Below, piece by piece: positions 33,670 through 43,906 of a DNA stretch of 64,000 nucleotides (positions are counted from its first letter, which is position 1; each line of letters opens with the position of its first letter). This DNA comes from Bryobacteraceae bacterium (GTDB lineage Bacteria > Acidobacteriota > Terriglobia > Bryobacterales > Bryobacteraceae), in the NCBI GenBank assembly GCA_052144455.1, contig JBKQQG010000101.1, forward strand, positions 14,717 through 78,716, given 5' to 3'. Under the pieces are notes generated by a model, which saw nothing but the letters and a program-made list of their open reading frames with translations, was not told where the DNA came from and ran no database searches. Made by a program: the position numbers and the translations under genes.

Positions 33670-35556
33670 TCAATTCCCGACGGCGACGTACAGCGTCTGC
33701 TGCCCGGGCACGCCGCCCAGCGCGAACATCAGGGGCGTCGCGTCGTTGGCGGCGATGTTCGGCACCACCACGTTGAACTGGTAGAGTCCGACCGCATCCG
33801 GAGCCAATCCGGCATAGGTCACCTGCGCGGCGACGCCTCCCAGGAAAATCTGAATCGGCGTGGTGAGGGCATTGCCCTGCCCGGTCACTTCCCCAGCCGC
33901 CACAGCCGGAGTCACGCCGCCAAATCCGATCCCGTACAGGACAATCGTGTCCCCAGGTTGGGCTGGTCTCGAGGTAACGCCCGCAATGGCGCCGGACGGC
34001 AGGACGAACGTCGTGAAATCGACGAACAAAGCTCCCGCGTAGGCCTTGCCACCGATCTGGAACGACGGCGGCGCCCACAGCCCCGGTTGCGTGGGGTTCA
34101 CGTTGATCGAGTACGACGCGCTCGCTCCCCCGCCGTTAATTAGAACGACCGGCTGCGGGCCGGTACCGACGTTGGACGGCACCTGCGCGTTCACTTGGGT
34201 CGGGCTGATGTAGGCGACATAGGCAGGTTGGCCGCCGATCGTCACGAAGGTCCCGTCCAGCGATGTGGGGGCATTCGCTCCCTTGAAGTCGGACGCCTTC
34301 CACTGGCGGGTATCCTGCGCCAGGCTGGAGCCATAAATCTCGATCCAGCTTCCCGGTGCGGTCGAGGTGAACGCTCCGAATCCCGACGCGCCGATCACCG
34401 TGCCCGGCTGCAGCGACGGAATCCCGGAAGTGTCGGGGGTCAGCTTTCTCACCACGTTGTTTTCGCAATCCGCGACATACAGATTGCCCGCCGAGTCCAA
34501 AGCCACGCTGGTGGGGCCATTCAGTCCGGCGCTGGTGGCTGGGCCCCCGTCCCCGCTGTAGCCGAACCTGCCGTTGCCGGCCACCGTCATGATGATGCCG
34601 CCCGGGGTCACCACACGAACCCGGTTGTTCAGGGAATCCGCGATGTAAAGATTGCCCACGGAATCCAGCGCCAGGCCGTCGGGATAGAAGAGTTCGGCCT
34701 GCGTAGCCGGGCCGCCATCCCCGGAAAACCCGCCCTGCCCGCCGATGCCGGCAATGGTCGTAATGATGCCTCCGGTTACCTTGCGAACAACGTGGTTGAT
34801 GGAGTCGGCGATGTACAGGTTGCCGGATGCATCCACAATGACGGCCCGCGGTCCCTGGAGTTGGGCGCTGGTGGCTGGCCCGCCATCCCCGAAATAACCG
34901 CTCATGGTGTTCCCGGCTAGCGTGGTGATCGTGCCGGTGGCCGAAACTTCGCGAATCACGTTGTTATTGGAGTCGGCGATGTAAAGGTTGCCCGCAGAAT
35001 CCAACGCCAACCCCATGGGGAGGTTCAATTGGGCGCTGGTGGCTGCCGCGCCATCGCCGCTAAAGCCGCCGCCGGCGGAATTACTGCCGGCCACGGTGGC
35101 GATAGTTCCACCCACGGCGAACTTGCGCACCACCTGATTGGCGGAGTCGGAAACATAGACGTTGCCGGAGCTGTCAACCGCCACGGCCGCGTCGTAGCTG
35201 AGTTCTGCGTTGATCGCAGTGCTTCCGTCCCCTGTATAACCTTTCGTCCCGTCACCGGCGATCGTCGTGATTGTCCCGTTAGACGACGCCACCATCCGGA
35301 CGCGCAGGTTGACTTCGTCCGCGATATAGACGTTGCCGGACTTGTCTACCGCGATGCCCCAAGGACTTGAAAGCTCGGCGCTGGCGGCCGCGCCTCCGTC
35401 CCCCGCAAAGCCGTTGGTCCCGTTGCCGGCCACCCTCGCGATGGTGTACCTAAAGTCCGTCTGGGCGTGGCTCCACGCCGGCAGCAATAGCGCTGCCGCA
35501 CAGAAGCAACCGATCCTCCGCTTGAACCCGCGCCCGCGCTTCCCGTTTGCTCTCAT
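33670..35556 (-). CDS. Secreted NHL-repeat protein with a C-terminal TIGR03437-type domain
   Basis: About six repeats of the form L..P.G(I/L)A(V/L)D..GN(L/V)YIAD..N..(V/I)R. The C-terminal 200 aa are like 9216..10811 (APGSWIEIYGSSLA, TFVTIGGQPAYVAYISPTQVNAQVPS, QPGDTIVLYGIGFG, YAGLAPDAVGLYQFNVVVP). Confidence 0.75.
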   Translation of the reverse strand: MRANGKRGRGFKRRIGCFCAAALLLPAWSHAQTDFRYTIARVAGNGTNGFAGDGGAAASAELSSPWGIAVDKSGNVYIADEVNLRVRMVASSNGTITTIAGDGTKGYTGDGSTAINAELSYDAAVAVDSSGNVYVSDSANQVVRKFAVGGTIATVAGSNSAGGGFSGDGAAATSAQLNLPMGLALDSAGNLYIADSNNNVIREVSATGTITTLAGNTMSGYFGDGGPATSAQLQGPRAVIVDASGNLYIADSINHVVRKVTGGIITTIAGIGGQGGFSGDGGPATQAELFYPDGLALDSVGNLYIADSLNNRVRVVTPGGIIMTVAGNGRFGYSGDGGPATSAGLNGPTSVALDSAGNLYVADCENNVVRKLTPDTSGIPSLQPGTVIGASGFGAFTSTAPGSWIEIYGSSLAQDTRQWKASDFKGANAPTSLDGTFVTIGGQPAYVAYISPTQVNAQVPSNVGTGPQPVVLINGGGASASYSINVNPTQPGLWAPPSFQIGGKAYAGALFVDFTTFVLPSGAIAGVTSRPAQPGDTIVLYGIGFGGVTPAVAAGEVTGQGNALTTPIQIFLGGVAAQVTYAGLAPDAVGLYQFNVVVPNIAANDATPLMFALGGVPGQQTLYVAVGN

Positions 35557-35803
35557 CGATTCCTTCCGTGGTTAGGCCGAAAAATGTAGACGCGCCCGGC
35601 GGGCTTCCGAGTTACCAATATCCCGCCGGTTTCGGCAGACCTTCACATTCCCCGGCTGCGACCGAGCTGCCACTTCTGGTGGTCTTTCATTCTACCACCG
35701 GGCTACCGCCGCATGACGATCCGACCGCGCCCGGCCTTTCGTGCACTCGCGGGCCGGACCGCCGCGGCTTGAAGTGCCCGCCAGCCGATGGTAGGGTCTA
35801 AGA

Positions 35804-37099
35804 ATGCGCAGACGGGATCTGGTGGGTGGGGTGGTGGCTGCCGCGACCGGCGCCGCGGGCTTTGTCGCTGGGCGCAGCCTCAGGCCGGAGATGCGCCGTG
35901 TGGATTGGAAGCCGCTGGCCCTGCGCTATCCCCTCGCTGCTCCGCGGATCGATCCCGAAGCCTACTTCACCGAGGAGTTGTGCCGCCGCGAACTGGACGT
36001 CCCCGCCCTGGCCCCGCGATCCGGCTGCCAGGTAATGGCCTACTACTTCCCGGCCTGGCATCCCAGTCCCTACATGCAACGCCACTATGGCCAGGACTGG
36101 ACGGAGTTCGAACTGGTCCGGAAAGCCCAGCCTCTGTTCCCCGGCCACCAACAGCCCAAACAGCCCCTTTGGGGCTACTTCAACGAGGCCGACCCCGCCT
36201 GGAGCGAAAGGGAGATCGCCGCCGCCGCCGAGCATGGCATCCACGGCTGGATGATCGACTGGTATTGGCACAACGGCGTCATGTTCTACCACGAACAGCT
36301 TGAAAACGGGTTCCTGGCTGCGCCCAACCGCGGCCGGTTGCAATTCGCGCTCATGTGGGCCAACCACGACTGGCGCGCCGTTTACCCGGCCCGCTCGCCC
36401 GAGGAAGCCTCCACTCTGCTCCCCCAGAGCCATTCTGAGCAGGACTGCCTGCGCGTGGCCGACTACTGCATCGAACATTACTTCCGGCAGCCCAACTACT
36501 GGCGGTTGAACGGCCTGCCGGTCTTCGGCATCTTCGATCTGGACCACCTGGCCCGCCAACTCGGCGGCCCGGAGGCGCTCAAACGAACCTTGGACGCCAT
36601 GCGCGAGCGGGTGGCCCGGGCGGGTCTGGGCGGCCTGCACATCCAGTCCAACAATGTGCACGGTCACCTGGAGGGGCGCTTTCGGGAAGTGGGTGTGGAC
36701 AGCGCCACGTTCTACCACACCTTCGGCTGGAGCTACGGAGGCCGCGCCCCTGGAGGCCTGAGCCCTTACGGCGACGGGGCCATCAATTCCATCCGGCAGT
36801 GGAGGAAGATGCGCGACCGCTGCGACATGCCCTTTTTTCCCGATTGTCCGGTCGGCTGGGACGACAGCCCCCGGTTCGGCGCATCCGCCCACATGGTGGT
36901 CGAGCGCTCGCCCGACCAGTACGAGATCCTGCTTCGCGCGGCCCGCCAATTCATGGAGGGCCAGTCGCAGCGCGTCATCTTTCTTTCTTCCTGGAACGAA
37001 TGGAGCGAGGATCACATGCTGCTGCCTGACACCATCTACGGCTACAGCTACCTGGAGGCCGTCCGCCGCGCGTGCGCCGTGGACTCCGCCGGCGCTTGA
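35804..37099 (+). CDS. GH99-like / WbsX-family domain protein with a Tat-type signal
   Basis: MRRRDLVGGVVAAATGAAGF (RR motif). YYFPAWHPSPY...W.EF..V..A.PLFPGH.QP..PLWGYFNE.DP and HGIHGWMIDWYW resemble the WbsX/GH99-like family. Confidence 0.55.
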   Translation: MRRRDLVGGVVAAATGAAGFVAGRSLRPEMRRVDWKPLALRYPLAAPRIDPEAYFTEELCRRELDVPALAPRSGCQVMAYYFPAWHPSPYMQRHYGQDWTEFELVRKAQPLFPGHQQPKQPLWGYFNEADPAWSEREIAAAAEHGIHGWMIDWYWHNGVMFYHEQLENGFLAAPNRGRLQFALMWANHDWRAVYPARSPEEASTLLPQSHSEQDCLRVADYCIEHYFRQPNYWRLNGLPVFGIFDLDHLARQLGGPEALKRTLDAMRERVARAGLGGLHIQSNNVHGHLEGRFREVGVDSATFYHTFGWSYGGRAPGGLSPYGDGAINSIRQWRKMRDRCDMPFFPDCPVGWDDSPRFGASAHMVVERSPDQYEILLRAARQFMEGQSQRVIFLSSWNEWSEDHMLLPDTIYGYSYLEAVRRACAVDSAGA

Positions 37100-37150
37100 C
37101 GGCTTTGTCCCGATCTCCCCTACCCTCTTAGAACCACTGGGTTTACAGAA

Positions 37151-37180
37151 TTGACATCGGAGCTTCGAGTCCGCTACAGT
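37151..37180 (+). promoter_or_regulatory. Sigma70 promoter TTGACA-N18-TACAGT for the isc operon
   Basis: -35 at 37151..37156 and -10 at 37175..37180. The predicted TSS near 37187 favours the iscR start at 37206 over the ORF-track start at 37179. Confidence 0.5.
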
Positions 37181-37205
37181 GGATATGGGACTGGTTTGGT
37201 CCGAT

Positions 37206-37646
37206 ATGCTGAAGCTGACCAAAAAGGCCGACTACGGTCTCATCGCCTTGCGCCATCTGGCCATGGCCCGGCCCAGCCGCAGCGCCAGCGCCAAGGAGAT
37301 CGCCGACGCCTACGGCATCCCGCTTCCCCTGCTCGCCAAGGTTCTACAAACACTGGCCCGGGAGGGCCTGCTCACGGCCGTCCTGGGCACCAACGGCGGC
37401 TACAAACTGGCCCGCGATCCGGCCACCATCAGCGCTTTGGAGGTCATTCGTATCCTCGACGGGCCCATTATCCTCACCTCCTGTTTCACCCACGAAGGCT
37501 GTGGCCAATCCGGCAAATGCGGGGTGAAGGAACCGCTCCGCCGAATCCATGAGGGCATCCTCCGGCTGCTCGAGAGCATCACTATCTCAGCCATGAGCGA
37601 GGAGGCCCCCGAGACCCTCAAAATGTCCGTCCTGGAGAAGGTATGA
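37206..37646 (+). CDS. iscR: Rrf2-family transcriptional regulator IscR
   Basis: [19 protein letters not shown] and an Rrf2 wHTH. A Cys cluster ([14 protein letters not shown]) is consistent with a [2Fe-2S] ligand set. It is the first gene of the isc operon. Confidence 0.8.
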   Translation: MLKLTKKADYGLIALRHLAMARPSRSASAKEIADAYGIPLPLLAKVLQTLAREGLLTAVLGTNGGYKLARDPATISALEVIRILDGPIILTSCFTHEGCGQSGKCGVKEPLRRIHEGILRLLESITISAMSEEAPETLKMSVLEKV

Positions 37647-38857
37647 AGACGCCGATTTACATGGATTACCACGCCACCACCCCCGTCGACCCGCGGGTGC
37701 TCGACGCCATGCTGCCCTATTTCCAGGAGAAGTTCGGCAACGCCGCCAGCCGCAACCACTCCTTCGGCTGGGACGCCGAGCAGGCGGTGGAGAAGGGCCG
37801 CCGGCAGATCGCCGAGCTGATCGGAGCGACCCCCAAGGAAATTGTTTTCACTAGCGGGGCCACGGAGTCCAACAACCTGGCCATTAAGGGCGCGGCCGAG
37901 ATGTACGCCGAGCGCGGCAACCACATCATCACGGTGGCCACCGAGCACAAAGCCGTGCTCGATACCTGCAAGCGCCTGGCCAAGCACGGATTGGACGTCA
38001 CCTTTCTGCCCGTCCAGCGCGACGGACTGCTCGACCTCGACGCCCTGCGCGCCGCCATCACCGATCGGACCATCCTGATCAGCGTCATGCACGCCAACAA
38101 CGAAATCGGCGTGTTGCAGCCCGTGCGCGAGATCGGCCGGATCGCCCGGGAACGCGGCGTACTGTTCCACACCGATGCAACCCAATCGGTGGGCAAGGTC
38201 CCGGTCAGCGTCAACGACGACAACATCGACCTGCTGAGCCTGAGCGGACACAAGATCTACGGTCCCAAGGGCATCGGAGCCCTCTACGTCCGCCGCAAGA
38301 ACCCTCGCGTGCAGCTTACCGCGCAGATGGATGGCGGCGGTCACGAGCGCGGCATGCGTTCGGGCACGCTTAATGTTCCCGGCATCGTGGGCCTGGGCGA
38401 AGCCTGCGCCATCTGCCAACTGGAAATGGCCGGGGAATCCGCCCGCCTGGCCGGATTGCGCGACCGGCTCAAAGACCGCCTTTTCGCCGAGTTGGACGAA
38501 ATCTACGTCAACGGCAGTATGTCGAGCCGCCTGCCCAACAACCTCAACGTCAGTTTCGCCTACGTGGAAGGGGAATCCCTGCTCATGGGCATCCACGACG
38601 TGGCCGTCTCGAGTGGCTCGGCCTGCACTTCGGCCACGCTCGAACCCAGCTACGTCCTGCGCGCGCTAGGCGTCAGCGAGGATCTGGCCCACACCTCGAT
38701 CCGCTTCGGCCTGGGCCGCTTCAACACCCAGGAGGAAGTCGACTACGTCGCCGGGCGCGTCATCGAGGTGGTCGGGAAGCTGCGCGAGCTTTCACCGCTC
38801 TATGAGATGGCCAAAGAGGGCGTGGACCTCAAGCAGGTCCGCTGGAGCAAGGACTGA
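37643..38857 (+). CDS. iscS: Cysteine desulfurase IscS
   Basis: [31 protein letters not shown] (PLP Lys) and SSGSACTS (catalytic Cys loop). Confidence 0.9.
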   Translation: MKTPIYMDYHATTPVDPRVLDAMLPYFQEKFGNAASRNHSFGWDAEQAVEKGRRQIAELIGATPKEIVFTSGATESNNLAIKGAAEMYAERGNHIITVATEHKAVLDTCKRLAKHGLDVTFLPVQRDGLLDLDALRAAITDRTILISVMHANNEIGVLQPVREIGRIARERGVLFHTDATQSVGKVPVSVNDDNIDLLSLSGHKIYGPKGIGALYVRRKNPRVQLTAQMDGGGHERGMRSGTLNVPGIVGLGEACAICQLEMAGESARLAGLRDRLKDRLFAELDEIYVNGSMSSRLPNNLNVSFAYVEGESLLMGIHDVAVSSGSACTSATLEPSYVLRALGVSEDLAHTSIRFGLGRFNTQEEVDYVAGRVIEVVGKLRELSPLYEMAKEGVDLKQVRWSKD

Positions 38858-38859
38858 TC

Positions 38860-39249
38860 ATGGCTTACTCGGAAAAAGTCCTGGACCATTACGCCAACCC
38901 GCGCAACGTCGGATCGCTGGACCGCAGCGACCCCCGAGTAGGCACCGGCATGGTGGGCGCGCCCGAGTGCGGCGATGTGATGAAGCTCCAGATCAAGGTC
39001 AACGAAGAGACTGGCGTGATTGAAGACGCCAAGTTCAAGACCTTCGGCTGCGGCAGCGCCATCGCCAGCTCCTCGCTAGCCACCGAGTGGGTGAAGGGCA
39101 AGACCATCGACCAGGCCCTCGAGATCCGCAATGTGGATATCGTCAACGAGCTGAGTCTGCCCCCGGTCAAGATCCACTGCTCGGTGCTGGCCGAAGACGC
39201 CATCAAGTCGGCAATCGAGGATTACAGGAAGAAGCAGAACCATGATTAA
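38860..39249 (+). CDS. iscU: Fe-S cluster assembly scaffold IscU
   Basis: YSEKVLDHYANPRNVG, GAPECGDVMKL, FKTFGCGSAIASSS and LPPVKIHCSVLAEDA. Confidence 0.95.
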   Translation: MAYSEKVLDHYANPRNVGSLDRSDPRVGTGMVGAPECGDVMKLQIKVNEETGVIEDAKFKTFGCGSAIASSSLATEWVKGKTIDQALEIRNVDIVNELSLPPVKIHCSVLAEDAIKSAIEDYRKKQNHD

Positions 39250-39565
39250 CGTGACACCCAAGGCCGTTCAGAAGATCAAGGACGCCTTCGCCAAGAACGG
39301 CGTCAGCGAGGGCGGACTCCGCCTGGGCGTCCAGGGTGGCGGCTGCTCCGGGCTTTCCTACCTGTTCCGCCTCGAGACCAGGCAGCGCGACAAGGACAAC
39401 GTCTACGAGTTCGACGGCGTCAAGGTATTCGTCGACCCCAAGAGCCTGCTGTACCTGGACGGCATGACGCTCGATTACCGGGAATCCCTGATCCACTCCG
39501 GCTTCGTCTTCGAGAATCCGAACGCGAAGAAGAGTTGCGGTTGCGGAACCTCGTTCACCGCCTGA
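39242..39565 (+). CDS. iscA: Fe-S cluster insertion protein (IscA/HesB family)
   Basis: [15 protein letters not shown] and the C-terminal CGCGTSF motif. Confidence 0.9.
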   Translation: MINVTPKAVQKIKDAFAKNGVSEGGLRLGVQGGGCSGLSYLFRLETRQRDKDNVYEFDGVKVFVDPKSLLYLDGMTLDYRESLIHSGFVFENPNAKKSCGCGTSFTA

Positions 39566-40092
39566 TGGACGCTCCCGACTACTTCCACTTTTTCGGCCTC
39601 GACCCCCGGCTCACCCTCGATCTGGCGGACCTGGAGACCAGGTTCTACCGCCTCAGCCGGAAACTGCATCCCGACCGTCACGCACAGGCCGCCCCGGCCG
39701 AGCGCGAACGCTCGCTCGAGGCTTCCGCGATCCTGAACGACGCCTACCGCACGCTGCGCGATCCGGTGGCCCGCGCCGAGTACCTGCTCAAGCGCCAGGG
39801 CTTCAAACCAACCAAGGAAGTGCCCGCGGAACTGCTCGACGAAGTCTTCGAGTTAAACTTGGCGCTGGAGGAGCTGCGCGCCGGCGACGCCTCGGTTCGC
39901 CCTCGTCTTCAGGCCGCGCGCGGCCGTTTCCGGGCTTTGCTCGCGGAGTCCGATGCCGCCCTCCAGCGCCTCTTCGCGGATTACGACCAGGCCCCCGGCC
40001 CCGCCACGCTGGGCCCTATCCGCGCCGCTCTCAATCGCCGCAAGTACATCTTCAACCTGGTCCAGCAGGTGGAAAGCGAATCGTCCTCCTGA
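39565..40092 (+). CDS. hscB: Fe-S protein assembly co-chaperone HscB
   Basis: J-domain ([33 protein letters not shown]). The ATG overlaps the iscA stop. Confidence 0.8.
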   Translation: MDAPDYFHFFGLDPRLTLDLADLETRFYRLSRKLHPDRHAQAAPAERERSLEASAILNDAYRTLRDPVARAEYLLKRQGFKPTKEVPAELLDEVFELNLALEELRAGDASVRPRLQAARGRFRALLAESDAALQRLFADYDQAPGPATLGPIRAALNRRKYIFNLVQQVESESSS

Positions 40093-41942
40093 TGTCCTCT
40101 GTTTTCCAGATCGATTTCGGCGCCAGCCAGCCCGATCCGGTGGTCGGCATCGACCTCGGCACCACCAACAGCCTGGTCGCCTATATGGACCTCACCGGTC
40201 CCCAGGTCATTCCCGGCCAGGATGGCGATCACCTGGTACCCAGCGTCGTGCATGCCGGAGACGGCGCTCCGCTGGTGGGCAACGCTGCGCGGCAGATGCT
40301 CATCGACGACCCTCAGCGTACCGTCTACTCCGTCAAGCGCCTGATGGGACGCGGCCTCGCCGACGTCGAGAAGGAAGCCGGACTTTTTCCCTTCCGCTTC
40401 GCCGAGGGCAGCGAATCCGTCCTGCGGCTGCGCCTGGGCGACCGCACTTTCACCCCGCCCGAAATCTCCGCATTCATCCTGCAGCAGCTCAACCGCAACG
40501 CGGAAGCTTTCCTGGGCCGGGCGGTCACGCGCGCCGTGATAACCGTCCCCGCCTATTTCAACGACGCCCAACGGCAGGCCACCAAGGATGCCGGTCGCAT
40601 CGCCGGCCTGCACGTGCTGCGCCTGGTCAACGAGCCCACCGCCGCCTCTCTGGCCTACGGCCTCGACAAGCGACAGAACGGCATCGTGGCCGTCTACGAT
40701 CTGGGCGGCGGAACCTTCGACATCTCGATCCTCAAGATCCGCGACGGCATCTTCGAAGTGCTGGCCACCAACGGCGACACGCGCCTGGGCGGCGACGACA
40801 TCGACAACCATCTCTTGCGCATCGCCCTCGAGGATATCCACTCGGAATGGGGGCTGGATCTCGCGCACAACGGCAGCGCGGTGCAACTGCTGCGCCGCGC
40901 CGTCATCGAGGCCAAGGAACGGCTCTCCTTCGTCCCGCGCACCACCATCCAGCTCGATTACCAGGGCCGGAGTTACCGGCGCGAGCTCACGCGCGAACAG
41001 TTCGAGGCTCTGGTCCGCGGCATTGTGGACCGCACCCTGGGTCCCTGCCGCCATTGCCTCCAAGACGCCGGCGTGGCCGTCGAACAAATCGACGAAGTGG
41101 TGCTGGTGGGCGGCTCGACCCGCATTCCGCTGGTGCGCCAGGCCGTCGAGAACCTTTTCCGCGCCCGTCCGCACACCGAACTCAACCCGGAGGAAGTGGT
41201 CGCCCTCGGCGCGGCGGTACAGGCCGGCATCCTCACCGGCGACGTTCAGGACAAGCTGCTGCTCGACGTAACCCCGCTCTCCCTCGGCATCGAGACCATG
41301 GGCGGCATCGCCTCCAAGATCATTCATCGCAACTCGACCATTCCGGCGAGCTCGACCGAGGTCTTCACCACCGCCGTGGACGGCCAGCGCAACGTCCTCA
41401 TCCACGTCGTCCAGGGCGAGCGCGAATTAGTGAAGGACTGCCGCAGCCTGGCGCGCTTCGACCTCCAGGGCATCGATCCGCTACCCGCCGGCGCCCCCCG
41501 CATTGAGGTCCGATTCCTGATTGACGCGAACGGCATCCTCAGCGTCACCGCCCGCGACCAGCGCACCGGAAAGGAGCACTCCGTCGAGGTCAAGCCTTCC
41601 TACGGCCTCACCGACGACCAGGTCGAGGCCATGATCCGCGACTCGATCGAGCGCGCCGAGGAGGATTTCGGCGAGCGGCAGGTACGCGAGGCCCGCCTGG
41701 AGGCCGACACCATCCTGGCCGCCGTCGAGAAGGCCCGCGCCGGCGGCGCCTGGCTCGAGATGACCCAGCAGGAGACCGCTGCCATCGAGCAGGCCCTCAA
41801 CGAACTGCTGACGGTCTATCACTCGACGGACCACGCTCTCATCCGCGCTCACATCGAGAAGCTCAACCAGGCCACGCTCCACCTGGCCGAGATCATGATG
41901 AACACCGCCGTCCGCGACGCGCTCAAGGGGACCAGGATCTGA
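40092..41942 (+). CDS. hscA: Fe-S protein assembly chaperone HscA (Hsp70 family)
   Basis: [44 protein letters not shown] and [11 protein letters not shown]. It lies in the isc operon context. Confidence 0.9.
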   Translation: MSSVFQIDFGASQPDPVVGIDLGTTNSLVAYMDLTGPQVIPGQDGDHLVPSVVHAGDGAPLVGNAARQMLIDDPQRTVYSVKRLMGRGLADVEKEAGLFPFRFAEGSESVLRLRLGDRTFTPPEISAFILQQLNRNAEAFLGRAVTRAVITVPAYFNDAQRQATKDAGRIAGLHVLRLVNEPTAASLAYGLDKRQNGIVAVYDLGGGTFDISILKIRDGIFEVLATNGDTRLGGDDIDNHLLRIALEDIHSEWGLDLAHNGSAVQLLRRAVIEAKERLSFVPRTTIQLDYQGRSYRRELTREQFEALVRGIVDRTLGPCRHCLQDAGVAVEQIDEVVLVGGSTRIPLVRQAVENLFRARPHTELNPEEVVALGAAVQAGILTGDVQDKLLLDVTPLSLGIETMGGIASKIIHRNSTIPASSTEVFTTAVDGQRNVLIHVVQGERELVKDCRSLARFDLQGIDPLPAGAPRIEVRFLIDANGILSVTARDQRTGKEHSVEVKPSYGLTDDQVEAMIRDSIERAEEDFGERQVREARLEADTILAAVEKARAGGAWLEMTQQETAAIEQALNELLTVYHSTDHALIRAHIEKLNQATLHLAEIMMNTAVRDALKGTRI

Positions 41943-42157
41943 TGCGCGCCGTCACTTGGGACGATGCCGAACAAATCGCCCTGGCCCTGCTCGCCAAGTT
42001 CCCCGCGCAGGACCCCCTCCGCATCCGTTTCACCGACCTCCGCAACTGGGTCATCCACCTTGATGGCTTCGCCGACGATCCTGCCGCCTCCTCCGAAAGC
42101 GCTCTCGAGTCCATCCAGATGGCCTGGTGGGAGGAGTGGAAGGAAGCCCAAGCCTGA
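41942..42157 (+). CDS. iscX: Fe-S assembly protein IscX
   Basis: 71 aa. W.D.E.IA..L...FP..DPL.IRFTDLRNWV..L..F.DDP matches IscX (YfhJ). Confidence 0.8.
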   Translation: MRAVTWDDAEQIALALLAKFPAQDPLRIRFTDLRNWVIHLDGFADDPAASSESALESIQMAWWEEWKEAQA

Positions 42158-42167
42158 ACGGCTGGCG

Positions 42168-42194
42168 TTTGAGGTGCCAATTTGGCGCCTCAAA
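42168..42194. terminator. 27-nt palindrome TTTGAGGTGCCAATTTGGCGCCTCAAA between convergent iscX and the ORF6N gene. Candidate bidirectional hairpin.
   Basis: Arms of 12-13 nt with one G.U-compatible mismatch, 11 nt after the iscX stop and 13 nt after the ORF6N stop. The flanking T/A runs are short, so this is not a textbook intrinsic terminator. Confidence 0.45.
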
Positions 42195-42206
42195 CTGGTT
42201 GAGCGA

Positions 42207-42758
42207 TCAGCGCTGGGTGTCGACGGCGAATCCGATGCGCTGCTTCGGCTTTGCGGGACGCTCCATCAGGCGCTTGAGGGTCTCAAAGATCATCTGGATT
42301 TCTTCGTCGTGTTGCCTGTACTTCCGCGCCAAGGCTCCAATCTTCCGCGACAGTACCACATGAGCCTCCATGACCTCGCGCAGCTTGACGAAGGTTCGCA
42401 TGATGGCGACGTTGACCCGCGCCGCGCGTGCGCTATGCAGCACTGACGACAGCATCGCGACGCCCTCCTGTGTAAAAGCGTACGGCAGGTAGCGGGGGCC
42501 GCCGCGTCCCACCTTTGAGGTGCCAGATTGGCACCTCAAAGCCAGCAGTTCCTCCCCAGTCAGCCGTATCGTGAAATCCCCCGGAAACCGTTCGGGGTTG
42601 CGCTTGACAGCTCGATTCAACGCCTTGGTTTCCACCTGGTAGAGGCCGGCGAGGTCGCTATCGAGCATGACCTTGCGCCCGCGGAGAAAGTAGATCCTGT
42701 GGGCGATGAACTCCATCGCGGACCGGCTGGCTAGGACGAGCGATTGCTTTCTGGGCAT
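42207..42758 (-). CDS. ORF6N (KilA-N-like DNA-binding) domain protein
   Basis: IYFLRGRKVMLDSDLAGLYQVETKALNRAVKRNPERFPGDFTIRLTGEE...RYLPYAFTQEGVAMLSSVL is the ORF6N signature. The start is either 42758 or the internal MEF at 42716. Confidence 0.75.
   Translation of the reverse strand: MPRKQSLVLASRSAMEFIAHRIYFLRGRKVMLDSDLAGLYQVETKALNRAVKRNPERFPGDFTIRLTGEELLALRCQSGTSKVGRGGPRYLPYAFTQEGVAMLSSVLHSARAARVNVAIMRTFVKLREVMEAHVVLSRKIGALARKYRQHDEEIQMIFETLKRLMERPAKPKQRIGFAVDTQR
42514..42540. repeat. Second copy of the 27-nt palindrome (TTTGAGGTGCCAGATTGGCACCTCAAA; perfect 12-bp arms, 3-nt loop), inside the ORF6N coding sequence
   Basis: Read directly. It differs from the 42168..42194 copy at 3 of 27 positions (central AAT vs AGA, and one arm base C vs A, the same base that makes the mismatch in the first copy). 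Confidence 0.85.
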
Positions 42759-42974
42759 GGAGATCCGCCGTGCTTTTCAAGGGAAGCATAACAGAAACCG
42801 GCGCGGGTCGGCGCGACACACGCCGCACCCCGCCGCCGCGCCCCCAGCCGCACCAACTCCTCCTCCGCGCTTCCGCCCGCGCGAACTCCGCCACCGCGCC
42901 ATGCTATACTGTGATGGTTTGCAGGAGCTGTGCATCGCCAACCTGCCGGATCGAATCACCCAGGGAAGTCAACC

Positions 42975-43169
42975 ATGCCGAAGTTGAAGTCGCACCGTGG
43001 CGCGGCCAAGCGCTTTAAGAAGACCGGGACGGGAAAGGTGGTTCGCCATCATGCTTTTTCGCGTCACATCCTGACGTCCAAGGCGCGCAGCCGAAAGCGC
43101 AAACTCCGCCAGGGCGTCGTCGCCGACGCGACCAATCAGCCGGCCCTGAAACGGATGCTTCCCAATTGA
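42975..43169 (+). CDS. rpmI: 50S ribosomal protein L35
   Basis: [36 protein letters not shown]. Confidence 0.95.
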   Translation: MPKLKSHRGAAKRFKKTGTGKVVRHHAFSRHILTSKARSRKRKLRQGVVADATNQPALKRMLPN

Positions 43170-43262
43170 ATCCAGCGAGCGCGGACGGAGTGCGGGGCAC
43201 GTACCCGTTGCGCCTCGGTGGGATAGGGCTTCAGCCCCGTCCCGCAACCTAAGGAGGTAAAC

Positions 43263-43622
43263 GTGCCGAGAGTCAAACGAGGTCCCAAGCGCAAAGCCTA
43301 CCGCCAGAAGACGCTCAAAGCCGCTTCTGGCTTTTTCCTCACCAAGAGCAAGCTGAACCGGTCCGCCCAGGAAGCCGTCGAAAAGGCGCTCAAGTACGCC
43401 TACGTCGGCCGGCGCCAGAAGAAGCGCGACTTCCGGGCGCTGTGGATCGTCCGTATCGGGGCGGGCTGCCGCCAGGCCGGCCTGTCCTATAGCAAGTTCA
43501 TCGCTGGCCTGAAGAAGGCCGGCATCGACCTCAACCGGAAGGTCCTGGCCCAGATCGCGGCCGACGACGAAACCTCCTTCCGCCTGCTGGTCGAGAAGGC
43601 CAAGGCCGCGCTGGCCGGGTAG
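43263..43622 (+). CDS. rplT: 50S ribosomal protein L20
   Basis: (M)[24 protein letters not shown]...[30 protein letters not shown] lies upstream and the start is GTG. Confidence 0.95.
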   Translation: MPRVKRGPKRKAYRQKTLKAASGFFLTKSKLNRSAQEAVEKALKYAYVGRRQKKRDFRALWIVRIGAGCRQAGLSYSKFIAGLKKAGIDLNRKVLAQIAADDETSFRLLVEKAKAALAG

Positions 43623-43626
43623 ACCC

Positions 43627-43893
43627 ATGGAACTCCTGCGCGACGACGATGTGGATTCGCTGGGCGCCCTGGAAGACCGAATCCTCCAAGCCATAAACCT
43701 GGTGGCGCGCCTGCGCCGCGAAAAGGATGCGGCCGTGGCCGAGAGGGATGCCGCCCTGCGCCAGGCCGACTCCGCTCGCGGCCAGCTCGCCGGCCTCACC
43801 GCGGAATTGGACGCGCTGCGCGCCGAGCGCGGCCAGGTGCGTAGCCGCATCGAGAAACTGCTGGGCCAGATCGACTCTCTGAGCGCCGGCTGA
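43627..43893 (+). CDS. ZapB-like coiled-coil protein
   Basis: 88-aa all-helical heptad-like sequence (LEDRILQAINLVARLRREKD...), immediately upstream of zapA. Confidence 0.45.
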   Translation: MELLRDDDVDSLGALEDRILQAINLVARLRREKDAAVAERDAALRQADSARGQLAGLTAELDALRAERGQVRSRIEKLLGQIDSLSAG

Positions 43894-43906
43894 CGGAATA
43901 CCGCCC

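Noticed and set aside
42905-42910. TATACT hexamer as a possible -10 for rpmI
   Set aside because: There is no acceptable -35 or extended -10 at the right spacing (upstream is CGAACT). The evidence is too weak to list as a promoter.
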